From assembly GCF_910592395.1 (NCBI RefSeq), contig NC_088312.1:2933858-2997857 (forward strand): 64,000 bases of DNA, in the 5' to 3' direction. The position numbers were made by a program, and so were the translations under genes. The DNA comes from Lineus longissimus (lineage: Eukaryota). Numbering within the stretch: the first letter of the stretch is position 1; the number at the start of each line of letters is the position of its first letter. The notes below the pieces were generated by a model, which worked only from the letters and a program-made list of their open reading frames with translations, was not told where the DNA came from and ran no database searches. Of the stretch, positions 46,703 to 60,086 are shown piece after piece.

Positions 46703-46786
46703 CCATTTTTTCTTGACAACAAATCTTCTCTGATAAAACATATGAGTAAAAGACTTAGGATTTCGAAGAATTTTTAATTGAAACAT
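46703..46786 (-). CDS. NSUN4: NSUN4 exon 1 with start codon
   Basis: Minus strand ATG MFQLKILRNPKSFTHMFYQRRFVVKKKW | gtaatt; vertebrate N-terminus ...VPRRHRYKKKW|AATEPKF. The phase-0 junction matches the next exon. Confidence 0.65.
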
Positions 46787-46958
46787 GATGAAAAATCAAT
46801 ATTTTTGTCCTCAATAAATATACACTGCTGCCACCTATTGCTATTTCAAGGAGTACGTGGCAAGTGCCCCACACTCCATACAGAAATGAAATACACAGTA
46901 GAATACACAACATGCTCTATCCAAAGGGTTCACTGCTCTGAGTGTATTGTGTGGCAAG

Positions 46959-47585
46959 ATGGCAGCGGGGAGAATGTTGCCTGTGCACCAGAGACAGTTT
47001 CTAAATGGCATTCCACTCCCTTCCTCAAGGAAAACATTACGTCTACGGGAAAAATATATTATAATTCTAGTATTTGTAACTTTTGGCACATTCTGTTTTG
47101 GGGCATTTTTCTTCCTACCTGATTTACGGGACCGAATGAGTGTGGACGAAATGAGAAGACAGTTTCGTGATGCAGGCAATGAAATGTTCATTCCCAAGGC
47201 TAGGGACAGTGACATTGTGTTTGAAAATGGTAAACTGATTGGTAAGGTGATAAAGCATGATGTTGATGCAATAGACCATCACGATATTGAAGACAAATTT
47301 AAGATTTTAAAAAAAGTAGAAGAAGCAAAGGAACAGGAAAGAATGCTTGAGGCGATTCGAAATCGTTTGAACATGTCGAAAGGCCACCACGAGACGATAC
47401 GTAAAGAAATCCAATTGGAAAAAAATATCGTTTTAGAGAAGAAAAAGCAAGAAATTGAGGAGCGGAAAAAAAAACAAATCGAACAACACCTGAAAGAGGT
47501 GACGGAGCATGATGGTGGACCGGGGGTTCAGGGCGGCCAGCCCGTCGATGTTGAAACACAAAAACGAAGAGAGAAAGTGAAGGAG
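46959..47585 (+). CDS. MAN1A: Alpha-1,2-mannosidase (GH47, MAN1A-like) exon 1: cytoplasmic tail, TM anchor and coiled stem
   Basis: MAAGRMLPVHQRQFLNGIPLPSSRKTLRLREKYIIILVFVTFGTFCFGAFFFLPD...KRREKVKE (ORF 46947..47612); vertebrate MAN1A1 ...LRLTEKFVLLLVFSAFITLCFGAIFFLPD. Confidence 0.85.
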
Positions 47586-49362
47586 GTGAGGATGATGTTG
47601 CCAATTGGCTAGCCAGTCCACTTATCTTATGACTGATATATCCGTACCTTTAAGATATGTCCTATACTTTCTATTTTCCACTTTTCCGGCCCGGGTCTAT
47701 GATTATGAATGAGGCATGTTAGTAGACCTAAGACATGCAAGTTCAGGAGATGCCATTCATTTATTTCCATTTCAGGAATCGTCTGTTGGAGACTGTTTGA
47801 AGCCAATGAAGGTTGCAACAGACATGAGGAGGCGACTACATCATGACACCTTGTTTTTGTAAACATTTGATACCACTACCAGTGGCACACCCTCCTCCCT
47901 TTCTCAGTGACAGCTTCTTTACAAGTCCATTTTCCTGAGGGATGCATCTTGTCACACAGGGCTCAGAGATCGCAAGGTCCTTGCAAGACGCTGAGTCCTG
48001 CCTGTGAGGTGGGGATTTTAGACATGCTGGGGTGAGGTGGCGGGATATGTCATACAAGATTTTATAGCACAGTCACTGTCCTTTGTTCATAGTATTATGT
48101 TTTATCATTTGGTTAGGTACAGTTGCTTCGTTGAACATGTTCAAAATGATCGCTTTGTGAACTAGAAAAGTGGAATGATGACTCTCAAATATTGATTGAT
48201 TATCTTATCTTCGGTCATAATCTATAATCCGAGCCTCTCCATTTCATCACAACTCAAAACATGACAGGTTAAAAATGAACAATGGACGAGTTGTGCACTT
48301 CGATTCGATCTAGCTCTACCATCCAGTTCATGAATATTTGAATGTGCATCATTTTATGAAATCATACAGTAAATGTGAAACACTGCATGAGACAGTGACA
48401 ACTGTGCTACACACAGTATTTTAGTTCGCGACGTTTGTGTTGCCCGTGAATTTGCTGTCACGGTATACTCAAGTTGCCTGTGGGAAGGGCGATAAGAAAG
48501 TGGCCTTTTTGCAAAACGGCTGTTCCTCAATAAATGAACCAGCACCCAGCAAATATTTACAAAAGTCACAAACGCTTTATCATAAATTCTTTGTTAAAAA
48601 TTTCTTTTGGTCATGTTTGATTGCCAACTTTGACGACACTTCAAATGATTATGAATAATACATCCAATCCGCTGGCTTGGGTAAATAGTTCTGTAGAATA
48701 TAGAGTATTGATCAGACATACAAATTCTAACTTGTGCTCGCAGCTAAAACATGTTATGTCATGGTTCTTGCACAAGTTCACCACAATTTCGTCAAGAATT
48801 GATATCAATTTATAACATTTTGTGCATTGTCCTCCTTTTGGGGGGCATTGGGGGACACATTTCTATCATACCAAACTCGGTTTTTCAATACATCAAGTAT
48901 AAAACCCAACTAAAACCAAAAGAGGGTCCTCAGTTAGTGCTCAGGCTTGATATAATCAGTAGTCTAACTGATAGTATGTATTGAACAGCCACACAGCAAA
49001 TATTCTTCTCGATATTCTAAGCTCAGCCTCCCCTCCCCCATCAATCATGAACTCAGTAAGCAGTCATGCTGCGGTACCAGGATTGTTTCTCATATTTCCA
49101 ATATCACCTTGCTTGCTATGAATAAGCGTATTGTTTGGTACTGAGATAGATTACTATAGCTCCTAAAGTGTAGCTCGGGGTGTTTCGAGGGTCTTTGTTT
49201 TGTTTGACAATGTTTGAGATCCTTGCAACCTGCCCACGTGCCAACAACTTAACAACTTCAGCATGAGACATGGAAGGCTGTTGCACTTAGGCAAATTTCC
49301 TTCCTGATCTTCCTTCAATTTCATAAAAAACTCATGTATTCTGTCACCTTCTATCTTTTCAG

Positions 49363-49578
49363 ATGATGAAACATGCCTGGGACAATTACGTCAAGTACGC
49401 ATGGGGCGCCAACGAGTTAAAACCTATCTCCAGACGTGGTCACACTGCCAGTATATTTGGTAACACTGCTTTTGGGGCTTCCATTGTTGACGGTTTGGAT
49501 ACCTTATATCTCATGGGACTCATGGAAGATTACAAAAAGGGAAGAGATTGGATTGCTGCCTCCCTCAATTTTCAAGGG
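49363..49578 (+). CDS. MAN1A: MAN1A-like exon (start of the GH47 catalytic domain)
   Basis: MMKHAWDNYVKYAWGANELKPISRRGHTASIFGNTAFGASIVDGLDTLYLMGLMEDYKKGRDWIAASLNFQG (ORF 49363..49599); vertebrate [24 protein letters not shown]. Confidence 0.9.
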
Positions 49579-49879
49579 GTAAGTATGAGGGAATGTTGAC
49601 ATAGTATGTGAAGTCATGGTGTGTCGGGAGCCATGCGATACATGAGTATGGTGAAACAAGTATGAATTGTCATGGTTGTATTGTGTAGCCTAGAATTTTG
49701 ATGTATAGTCTGAGTCAAGATTTTCATGAATAGAACAACTTCAAGTTTAAGTGTGGAAACCTGTAATGATTGGTGGATTCAATGAACCAATTTCACCTGC
49801 TTTTCTACTATCAGTGTACCATGTTACTCAAATGCAGCATCGTAATCGTTTTCACTTTCTCTCTCTTTGTCTCTTTTAG

Positions 49880-49960
49880 AAAAGTGACATTTCTGTCTTT
49901 GAGGTGAATATCCGGTTCATTGGTGGGATGTTGAGCTGCTACGCTATGACAGGAGATAAG
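49880..49960 (+). CDS. MAN1A: MAN1A-like exon
   Basis: [27 protein letters not shown]; vertebrate [26 protein letters not shown]. Confidence 0.85.
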
Positions 49961-50218
49961 GTATGACCGCCATAATTGATGATAATACCATGAATAAGGA
50001 TCACCCAGCAGGATTACCCATGATATAGGTTTCTGGTGATTCTACTGCTGTCATGTTGTCCTGCAAGTGCAATCTGTATCTGAAGTGTTCTATGAAAACT
50101 GTGACACCGGCAGTGATGCCTTTACAAATGATGCCGTCACTAAACGGTGCCTTTAAAAAGAGTCATCTTCACTACTGAGGTATTTTAGAAGTAATTTTCA
50201 GTTACTCTGCGTTTTCAG

Positions 50219-50313
50219 ATGTACAAAGATAAAGCCATCATGATTGCGGACAAGTTATTGCCTGCGTTTAATACTCCAACAGGTATTCCGTATGCTATGG
50301 TGAATTTAAACAG
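50219..50313 (+). CDS. MAN1A: MAN1A-like exon
   Basis: MYKDKAIMIADKLLPAFNTPTGIPYAMVNLN; vertebrate ...LLPAFHTPSGIPWALLNM. Confidence 0.85.
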
Positions 50314-50471
50314 GTAAGGTTTCCTTTCTGTTATTTTCTCTTGACTTCTTGGAGATGTATGAATAATGCTTTGAGTATGAATCTGTCAACCATGAATCTG
50401 TCAGCCCTGAGGGAGGAGTTCTGTCCATCCGGAACCTGCATCAAGGATCAGCTTTACGGTGACCAGGTTGA

Positions 50472-50750
<279 letters not shown>

Positions 50751-50877
50751 TGATCCCAGTTTTCATCATCAACATCATCGTCATTACTGGCATTGTAACC
50801 CCATTGGATTTTTCAAGGGGTATGAATCTTAGTTCAAAGTTTGCTCCCAAAATGACTGATGACTTAAAGGGTGATGA

Positions 50878-51144
<267 letters not shown>

Positions 51145-51335
51145 TAGTCGTTCCTTGCCTCAAATATACTGCATAATATGTCCAGAAGAGCAATTTTAGA
51201 ACAGTATAACCAAAATTGTATTGGTATAAGGCTTGCAAGGCTTTTTTTCGAAATCAGTGTGTTTTTGTCAGAGTCTGCAATTGCAAAAGCAGCACAAAAT
51301 GTTCAACCCTACTCAGTGTCTCTCAGTATGTCTGA

Positions 51336-51599
<264 letters not shown>

Positions 51600-51781
51600 T
51601 AATGCCACTGGCTCACATGTAGCTGACCCAAAAGTTATCTTTGATCTGTGCCTTTTGTGGCAAATACTCCACCTGAAAAGGGTCAGACCTAAGATTGATA
51701 TAAACACCAGTGAACGCAAACCAAAATCAGTACCCCTGCAATTATTTTGTGTGAAATTGTTTATCCATTTATCCATTTTAG

Positions 51782-51890
51782 GGCATAGAGCAAAAACTGC
51801 TCCACACATCAAGAGGTGGCCTTAGATATATGGCAGAGGTCAAATCAGGGAGGGTGGAGCACAAAATGGACCATCTAGGATGCTTCTCCG
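51782..51890 (+). CDS. MAN1A: MAN1A-like exon
   Basis: GIEQKLLHTSRGGLRYMAEVKSGRVEHKMDHLGCFS; vertebrate ...LEHKMGHLTCFAGG. Confidence 0.85.
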
Positions 51891-52008
51891 GTAAATATTC
51901 TAATTGATGCAGCAATGAAATACATTCATTACATGTTTTAGTTCTGATAATTTCTTCAAACATTGGACTAAACTATGTTGTACATTCTCCTTCTTGTATC
52001 TCTTTCAG

Positions 52009-52113
52009 GAGGCATGTTAGCTCTGGGTGCTGCTGGATCGAGTGACCCTCAAAAATATCTCCAACTTGGTGCAGATCTTGCACATACCTGCCATGAGGCC
52101 TATACTAGAACTA
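52009..52113 (+). CDS. MAN1A: MAN1A-like exon
   Basis: GGMLALGAAGSSDPQKYLQLGADLAHTCHEAYTRT (ORF 51975..52160). Confidence 0.9.
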
Positions 52114-52352
52114 GTAAGTACTGTACTGGTGCTATTTTCTTTGGACTCTTGTTGAGATGAGAAGTATTGATACTGGTGTTGAGCAGTTTGAGCCATGTCA
52201 GTGAGGACTGCCGGTATGCTTAGTATTCCTAGGTAATGGAAGGCGACAGCACTGGACTGTTGTACCTCTCTTATGACTTCGATTCAGTGTCGGAACCTCG
52301 GAGACGGTACGCCAGTGACACACTATGGTGACGTCTCTGCGTCAGACTTTAA

Positions 52353-52841
<489 letters not shown>

Positions 52842-53185
52842 TGATTACTTGGTCCATGGTGTGCCCCTATTACTACAGTATGCATTCATTATGAGTTCAG
52901 ATATTACACTCAAGAAATTTTGCCTCGATTCTTGCAGATTAGAATGCAACCTTCTACTGCCTTTGATATGATGATGGCACATGTTGTTCTCCTACTCACT
53001 TGGAGTCACACATTTCCAACCAATGTAAAATAAAGAATCATCAAGGTTTGGCTAACTGTCAAGCACAAAATAGTTGTCGGAGAGAAAAGTATTCAACCAT
53101 GATGCTGAAATTTCTTTAAGTTGGTCTCATACCCCTTGTCTGTCAGTGGTCGTTGGAAATCTTGTTATATTTTCTTAATAACTGA

Positions 53186-53443
<258 letters not shown>

Positions 53444-56400
53444 TATAGGCTTATTAAAGAGAGACATTCATAGGTACTTTAACTGAGGAGTAGGTGTGGG
53501 ACCTGTGTGGTCTATGTTATTAAGATTTTAGGAATAGTTTTTCAAAAAGTAGAAAACTAGTGTCTTCTTATTCAAAAGTTGCCAAACTATAAGCCAAAAG
53601 GGGCTGTTCTGTTAATATACCATTTCCCAGAGTCACTTTTGGATACTAATTACTGGTTACTGATTCTGCACTACCAGCCAATGTATAGAAGAAAAAAGTC
53701 ATTCCCAAAATACTCAAATTATGAAAAAAGTTTGTTGAGTGTGTTGTGCAGATTTTGGGGTAGTTGTTTTTTGTGAGATTTTTCAATATTAAGCTGGTAG
53801 GCCTAAGCAGTATAAAGTGATAAAGCTCCAAGGTAGTTAGGTTACTTGGTTGAAAATATTTAAGGTTTACTATCTAGATGACTTGCATGACTTTGTTGCC
53901 TTTTTTTGTTGTTGTCCGCCATTACATCATGCAAGTCTTCTTTCGGGGGATAAGCGGTGATATGGTTTTTCATCTTTTGGGAGTACAATAAAATTCAAGC
54001 GAGTGGTGTACAGTACAGTACAGTACAGTACAGTACAGTACAGTACAGTACAGGCAAGTTGACTTAGTGTGATGAATTGCTCATGTAGTGTGTTTCTACT
54101 GTCGTGTTAGTCTGGTACATGTGGATCATAGCTTTGCTCAAAGTCAAGCATTTCATTGTTAACTCGGAACAATTCTTACTTCACTTTTGAATGAAAGTAA
54201 CCGTTTGAATTCACTGCCTTTACCTGCAAGCATCGTGAAAGGCTTTTGTGATGCGGTTGTGGTCATTTCATCATCTGTCATGGAGGGTAAACTATACTTC
54301 ATTTTGGATTGGGTATTGGTCAGGTCATGGCACTGGTTTAAATCCAATCTTGCAACGTCTGCAGTGAAATATTTGTGTGTCTCTCTTTATGGACTTGTGT
54401 GCTCAGTAAAAATAACACATCATTCAAACCTATCAGTGGGATCACTAAAGCATCAGTGTACATAGTAAGGTAGTTAATGAAATTGTAGATAGTAATATAC
54501 ATTTATTGTAAATATGATAATAATGTCATCCTGATGTGCTTGTAAGAGTGCATTTTTCGTAAGTGTTAGGGCGATTCGTTTAGCACAAATAAACCAGAAA
54601 ATGTGCCTCCCCAAAAATGAAATAACATAAATATTTCCCATACACTAAAGCGCCTGCAAGCAATTAATTTTGCCAAGCTGTGACCTGCAATGGGCGAAAA
54701 AAGATCCCTATCTGCAGGTCAATAGGTAATTGCTGGGTTCGATGATAACAGGTTGCAGCGATCGCCAATTCTTGTCATGGTACATGCGAGATTGTAGGTC
54801 ACCGCAGCAAAAATTACTTGTTTGTGGGGTTCCCCAGCTTTGCATGTTTGTGTAAGAACATATCACATGTCTATTATGCTCCTACTGCCATACAGTAAAC
54901 AAAATAGCATGTTTACGCCAGCATATGACCGTTCTATAGGACCAATGCACTGGCCAGCCAAGCATCATCGAGCATCAGTCACTGTAAATTGAGCTTAATT
55001 AGCACAGTCATGACGGTGTCGCTCAGCTGTGGCGTGAAGCACTGCAAATTGCTACATGTATGCTGACATATAATTACCATTTTGTAGCCTTGGAACAAGG
55101 TTAAGTATTGGTATACTTGGCATACAAAGGAAATCATCTGACACCTCATCATTGTTGTATAAAATTCAGTTTGAAATATAAGGGAATACCATTTTGGCCC
55201 TGTGCAAATGAAGTCTGTAACGACTCAATAATCAGTCTTGACTATTTGGGGTGGAGGTCATCCATGCTGTCGGTTGAGTGGTAGGTGATGTTTCTTTCCT
55301 TTTGATTCCTTTAGGGATGTGGTAGAGAGAACTAGTCTTATTCTCTTGGTGCAAATCAACATGTCGTGAATAACTTTATTACATCAGCTGATATGCTGCA
55401 GTGTCCTTTTAATATGTTGTACTTAAACTTGTGCATATGATTATTTATAGTAAGAGTGACGGCAAGCTTTTTCAAATTATTATACCGTTGAAGATTAATC
55501 AAGTGTTCAGTGAGAAATTGGTAATTGTGTGCACTTTGTGACAGATTAGATACCAGTTACATTTTTCATGTCAAAATAAAACTTTCTCTCGAAACATTTT
55601 TTCATACAACACTTTGATAAACCACCATTCTCACAACCTGAAAGTTTGGACTGGGTCAAATTTTTGTATTTTTGTCTGGAAAAATTGAAGAACTTTGCAT
55701 CTGTAGGTTTACCAAGTAATAAACCAAACTAAACACGTTTGAGATGACTGAAAACTGTGCTTACATGTAATCGTGTGTTAACGAATTGCCACTTTTGCCA
55801 GCACTGATGGCAGTTTATTGTGATAAAACATAATCAAAATATACACTGGAAGTACTTCATATAATGTAAAAAAGATTTCTAACATTGTCAAGAGGTCATG
55901 AGGCGAGAATGTGAAAAGTTGTAGAGAAGTTACTCTGTAAAAAGGAAGAATTCTAATCTCCTGTATCATTGATAATGATGATATACCTGTGTCATAGTGT
56001 AAGAACAGGCAGTGAAAATGTAGTCTGCAAAAAGAGTCCCTTAGAAGTAGTGTTGAAAGCCAGATCTGTTGCAGGCTCGTGCTACTGTCCAGTATCTGGT
56101 TTTAGGACTCTGGTTAGGTCAGACAAATGATGTTGATCGTCAGATTAAGATGGACAAGTTACTGTACAAGAAAATTTTCTTCTTCGTGTTCATGCAATGG
56201 TCTCAAATTGATTTCTCTTTCTGTGTATTTATTTTTCCGAGACATTTCCTTTTGGGAAATTGAAATCTAGTGGTGTAGCTGATAGATTAAGTGGGTTGAA
56301 AATGTTTGTAAATACAAGATGAACTCCGGCATTGAAAATGTGTTTTCTTGAGTAAAGTAAGGTTCAAAATTGTTGCTCAGCTATACATTTTATTGTTATC

Positions 56401-56703
56401 TGGGATTTTTCTAAATGTACTTATTGTAAAGCTGATGCAGGAACGTTGTATTAGGAACTTCTTTGGCCGTTGCAATAGCAACCGATGGTCGGTGCCAAAA
56501 ATACAAATCAAAATCAGATTCCGAGAATCCTGGAAATACTGATGCGTCAACATGTTTAGGAGGGTGGTTCTCGGATGTACAAATTTATCAGAAAATAAAA
56601 ACTTCACAATCTGTCGGACACATTTTCAAATGTATATCTGTGGTGCCTTTTTCTCGAATATTTGTACCAGAAATATCTCGGGACATTTCTCCATTGATCC
56701 CTT

Positions 56704-57243
56704 CAGCGCCAAACACGTAGATCTACGTGGCCCAAATCCCCCTCTTTGAGCTGGTTATCGGAGTCTAACGGACTTCATTGAAGAACTACGCCATCGCCAT
56801 CTTCAGGGCAAGGTAGGAACTGAAAAGACCAAACAGTTCAGTTCCCACTTTTCAGTTCTTACCGTGCCCTGAAGATGGCGATGGCGTAGTTCAAAACTTT
56901 AAATGACCTCATGAAAGAACTACGTCATCGCCATCTTCAGGGCAAGGTAGGAACTGAAAGGACCTTTTCTTGTATTTTCAGTTCCTGCCTTGCCCTGAAG
57001 ATGGCGTAGTTCTTTCATGAAGTCCAAATTCTAATTCTAATTCAAATTGATTTATTACACTAAAATACCCTCTAGGGGTCTATGGTAATATACAATAATT
57101 TCAAGCAAATATACAGTACAAAATAAGATAAAGTAGAATAAAAAATATGTATTACATGTGAAATAGTCCATGAGACTAACCAGCTCAAAGGGGGAGGGGG
57201 AGGGGGGATTTGGGCCACATAGATCTACGTGGTTCGGCGCTGA
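56704..57243. mobile_element. Foldback/MITE-like DNA element (~540 bp) with ~54-bp TIRs and nested internal hairpins
   Basis: Left end CAGCGCCAAACACGTAGATCTACGTGGCCCAAATCCCCCTCTTTGAGCTGGTTA; right end TAACCAGCTCAAAGGGGGAGGGGGAGGGGGGATTTGGGCCACATAGATCTACGTGGTTCGGCGCTGA. The interior has two further inverted-repeat pairs built on GAACTACG(C/T)CATCGCCATCTTCAGGGCAAGGTAGGAACTGAAA. Confidence 0.7.
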
Positions 57244-59416
57244 GTGAAGGTGTTAAAAAGCTCCTGTGGAAAGAGGGGTGGGGTGGGTGAGAGGGAAATT
57301 CTATAGTTGTAGATAATCCAGAGAGTATCAATATCATGGAACACATTTACACTGCAGCAGTTCACAGTATACTATGATGACGTTTTCCCCGAGATGATTG
57401 GTTATTATGTTTTCTGATTGTTACTGTAAATAAGATGATGCAAGAATTCTAATACAAATAAATCTAATGAAGTATACATTGGTTTTTTCGTAATATTTTT
57501 GCATGATGCAGTATTTGGCTTTGGACATTTTTACGCGATCGAAAATATCCCTACCCTAGATGTGCCTGCATTGGGACAACTCTTCTGTGTGCATGCCAAC
57601 AGTGTCTGGCATTCAACATGAGCGTTTGTGCAATTAGCTAAGTCCCTAGGGGCCAGGGCCGATATATTTGGTATCAATTTATGAGTAAAGGATCCAGAAA
57701 CTGAGGAAGGGAGTCTTGCACCATGAAGCCGGGATCTTGCACCCGCTCTAATAATATCCAAATCAACAGATCAGTAGCTAATTTATCAGTCCTAACAAAA
57801 CCAACAGGCATGCCCCAGGCTGGTCGTTATATAATTATAGGCCCCTCCCTACTAAAAAAATTAACCTACAGTACCTTAACCGGGACACTCTGTGCTAAAT
57901 GATAGGAATGTGTACATAATGTACAGAGGGACAGAGTGTACATAATGAACAGAGCTACTACTGTCCCGGCTATTCTGTAGTTAGGCCCACTTATGACTTA
58001 ATGACCTACATACAGGCTACAGCAGCAGTGGCCACATACTGGTAAAGCTAAATGGTCTTGGGCAATCATTGAACCAAAGGTGTGACTAACTTCAGGCCCT
58101 AGCTGTAGTGCAAAACTGATAGTGAAAAAGTGGGCGTGGCCAGATCCAGGAAATGTTCCAGAAACCAAAACAATAATAATAACAAAGACACGTGTTCTCA
58201 AATCCTCGATGATCAACCTCAACTGCAGGTTCCTTCTCTCGCAAGAATTGTACACCTCTATCCGTGCGGAAGGATTCATGGGAACGGTTAATAATTTTCT
58301 TAATCACAGCCAAAATGATGGCTACTTTATAATATATTTATTATTCACTACTTGAAAATTGACCTTTATTAATCGATAGGCAAGTCGCTGATTTTAATTT
58401 TTCGAGTTTTGGCAAGAACACAAAAAAACAAGACGAAACGACATAGATTATGCATCGTGATTGAAAAAGTGACGCCCCCGTAGCTGACAGGTCACGTGAT
58501 AGACTGCCGCCATCTTCTTTGAATTTGTGGAAGTACGCGATTTCTGGTCTCATATTTTCATCATTTTTTCCGTGGTGCAAATTTAATGTAAGTATCTGAC
58601 AATGCAGGCATAAAAATAAATATACATGGTCCCTGCCAATGTATGTCCGGAATGAAAAGCATTCTACTGTGTGGTTGTAATTTGACCAGAAAGTTGCATT
58701 TCTTGTTTTGGTATTGACGAAATGAACAAAAGAATGCTCCCCGTTTTACGCACCAAGTTTGCGAGCCCAGTGTATCGTTGTTGTCGCAAATATGCCGCAG
58801 TAAAGTGTTTGTGCAGTTGCTACGGTCAACCGTGCAACAGATGATGCCTCTTGCGGGATGTTCTTTGCTCTTGTTGCATGAGTAATGTTCCGAAATCGAA
58901 CAGCGCGCTGAAAAGCTCTGCTCGGTTCAAGGACAAAGATGGCGGTTTTGTAAACAAAGAAAAGATGGCGTCCCAAGCATACATTACGTGAATAATCAAT
59001 TACATGATCATAGCGAAATGAGAGGGAAGCCACGTACATCGTATACATGCATGTATGAATGAATCATAATCGTATACAATATGAAATTTGTGATTATGGA
59101 CAACATGCTGGCAGGCAGGCGCAGCTGATATCGTAGTATAGATGCACACACGGAGCAGAGCGACAGTGACTGACATGTGACTGGTCACTCACTCTAGTCA
59201 GACTAGTCGCACTGACAGAGACACTTATTAATGTTAGTGTTGCCACGCCAGTGTTGGAAACTCGGGCACAGGAGACGGTGTCACTCACTGACACCGACTG
59301 ACCGAGTCGCTGCCAATGAATAAGTTTCACAAGCTCTGCTCTGGGCTGCCATAGGCCTGAGTGTAGTGTTCTTTTTGATATCACAGCATTGACAACAGTG
59401 TTATTTACCTTTGTAG

Positions 59417-59557
59417 GCACTATGGCTGGAGTAAATGGAGCCGAAAGTGAGAAGATGGACACGGATCCGCCAAGCCTTGCAGAATTGACTACGTTGTTAG
59501 AAAAACATGGATTAAACCCAGAGGTTATCAAAAAGATTGAAGAAATACACAGAAAAG
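59417..59557 (+). CDS. SYNCRIP: hnRNP R/Q (SYNCRIP-like) exon containing the ATG (59422)
   Basis: MAGVNGAESEKMDTDPPSLAELTTLLEKHGLNPEVIKKIEEIHRK (ORF 59389..59571); vertebrate SYNCRIP MATEHVNGNGTEEPMDTTSA...LPQKVAEKLDEIY. Acceptor tttgtag| at 59416 implies an upstream 5'UTR exon. Confidence 0.8.
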
Positions 59558-59871
59558 GTAACGTCCATTAATCTTTCAGATAGATTACCAATGCAAAAGA
59601 TTTGGGTTTCAAATAATCGGGCAAGGTTCGATTTTCCACTTGATTTCAGACACATTATCATTAGACTAGAGCAATTTTCCTTCTGGCAACTGCATGGAAA
59701 TCCTCAAAATCAACCTCTGAATGGGGTTTTCTTTTCAATGTACATGCAGCCAATAAATAAGAAAATGTTAGAATCATTGGTGTCCTTTGTAGTGTGATCT
59801 TTGAATCTGCCCTCGGTCCTGATGGAATCCAGAAAACTCGCGGTTCACTATGCATCAACTTTTTTCCACAG

Positions 59872-60086
59872 ACCCAGACTGCCTTAAAAGTGAAGATTTG
59901 GACGACCGAGCTCTTGATGCCCTCAAAGATTTCCCAGTTGAACATGCACTTGATATCTTGGACCAGTTCAAAGTGTCGTCCTTGGGACACGTCACAAATA
60001 AAAGTTCTTATCTTTGTGGCGTTATGAAAGCATACAGACAAGAATACAGAGTGCATAAAAAAGGTCCAGATGAGGCAAAGATAAAA
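59872..60086 (+). CDS. SYNCRIP: hnRNP R/Q exon (acidic N-terminal domain)
   Basis: DPDCLKSEDLDDRALDALKDFPVEHALDILDQFKVSSLGHVTNKSSYLCGVMKAYRQEYRVHKKGPDEAKIK (ORF 59850..60359); vertebrate ...SHVQNKSAFLCGVMKTYRQREKQ...KGPDEAKIK. Confidence 0.9.

Noticed and set aside
47299-47621. Minus-strand ORFs (101 aa, 62 aa) inside MAN1A exon 1
   Set aside because: They are antisense shadows of the Lys/Glu-rich coiled-stem coding region; the sense frame has clear GH47 homology.
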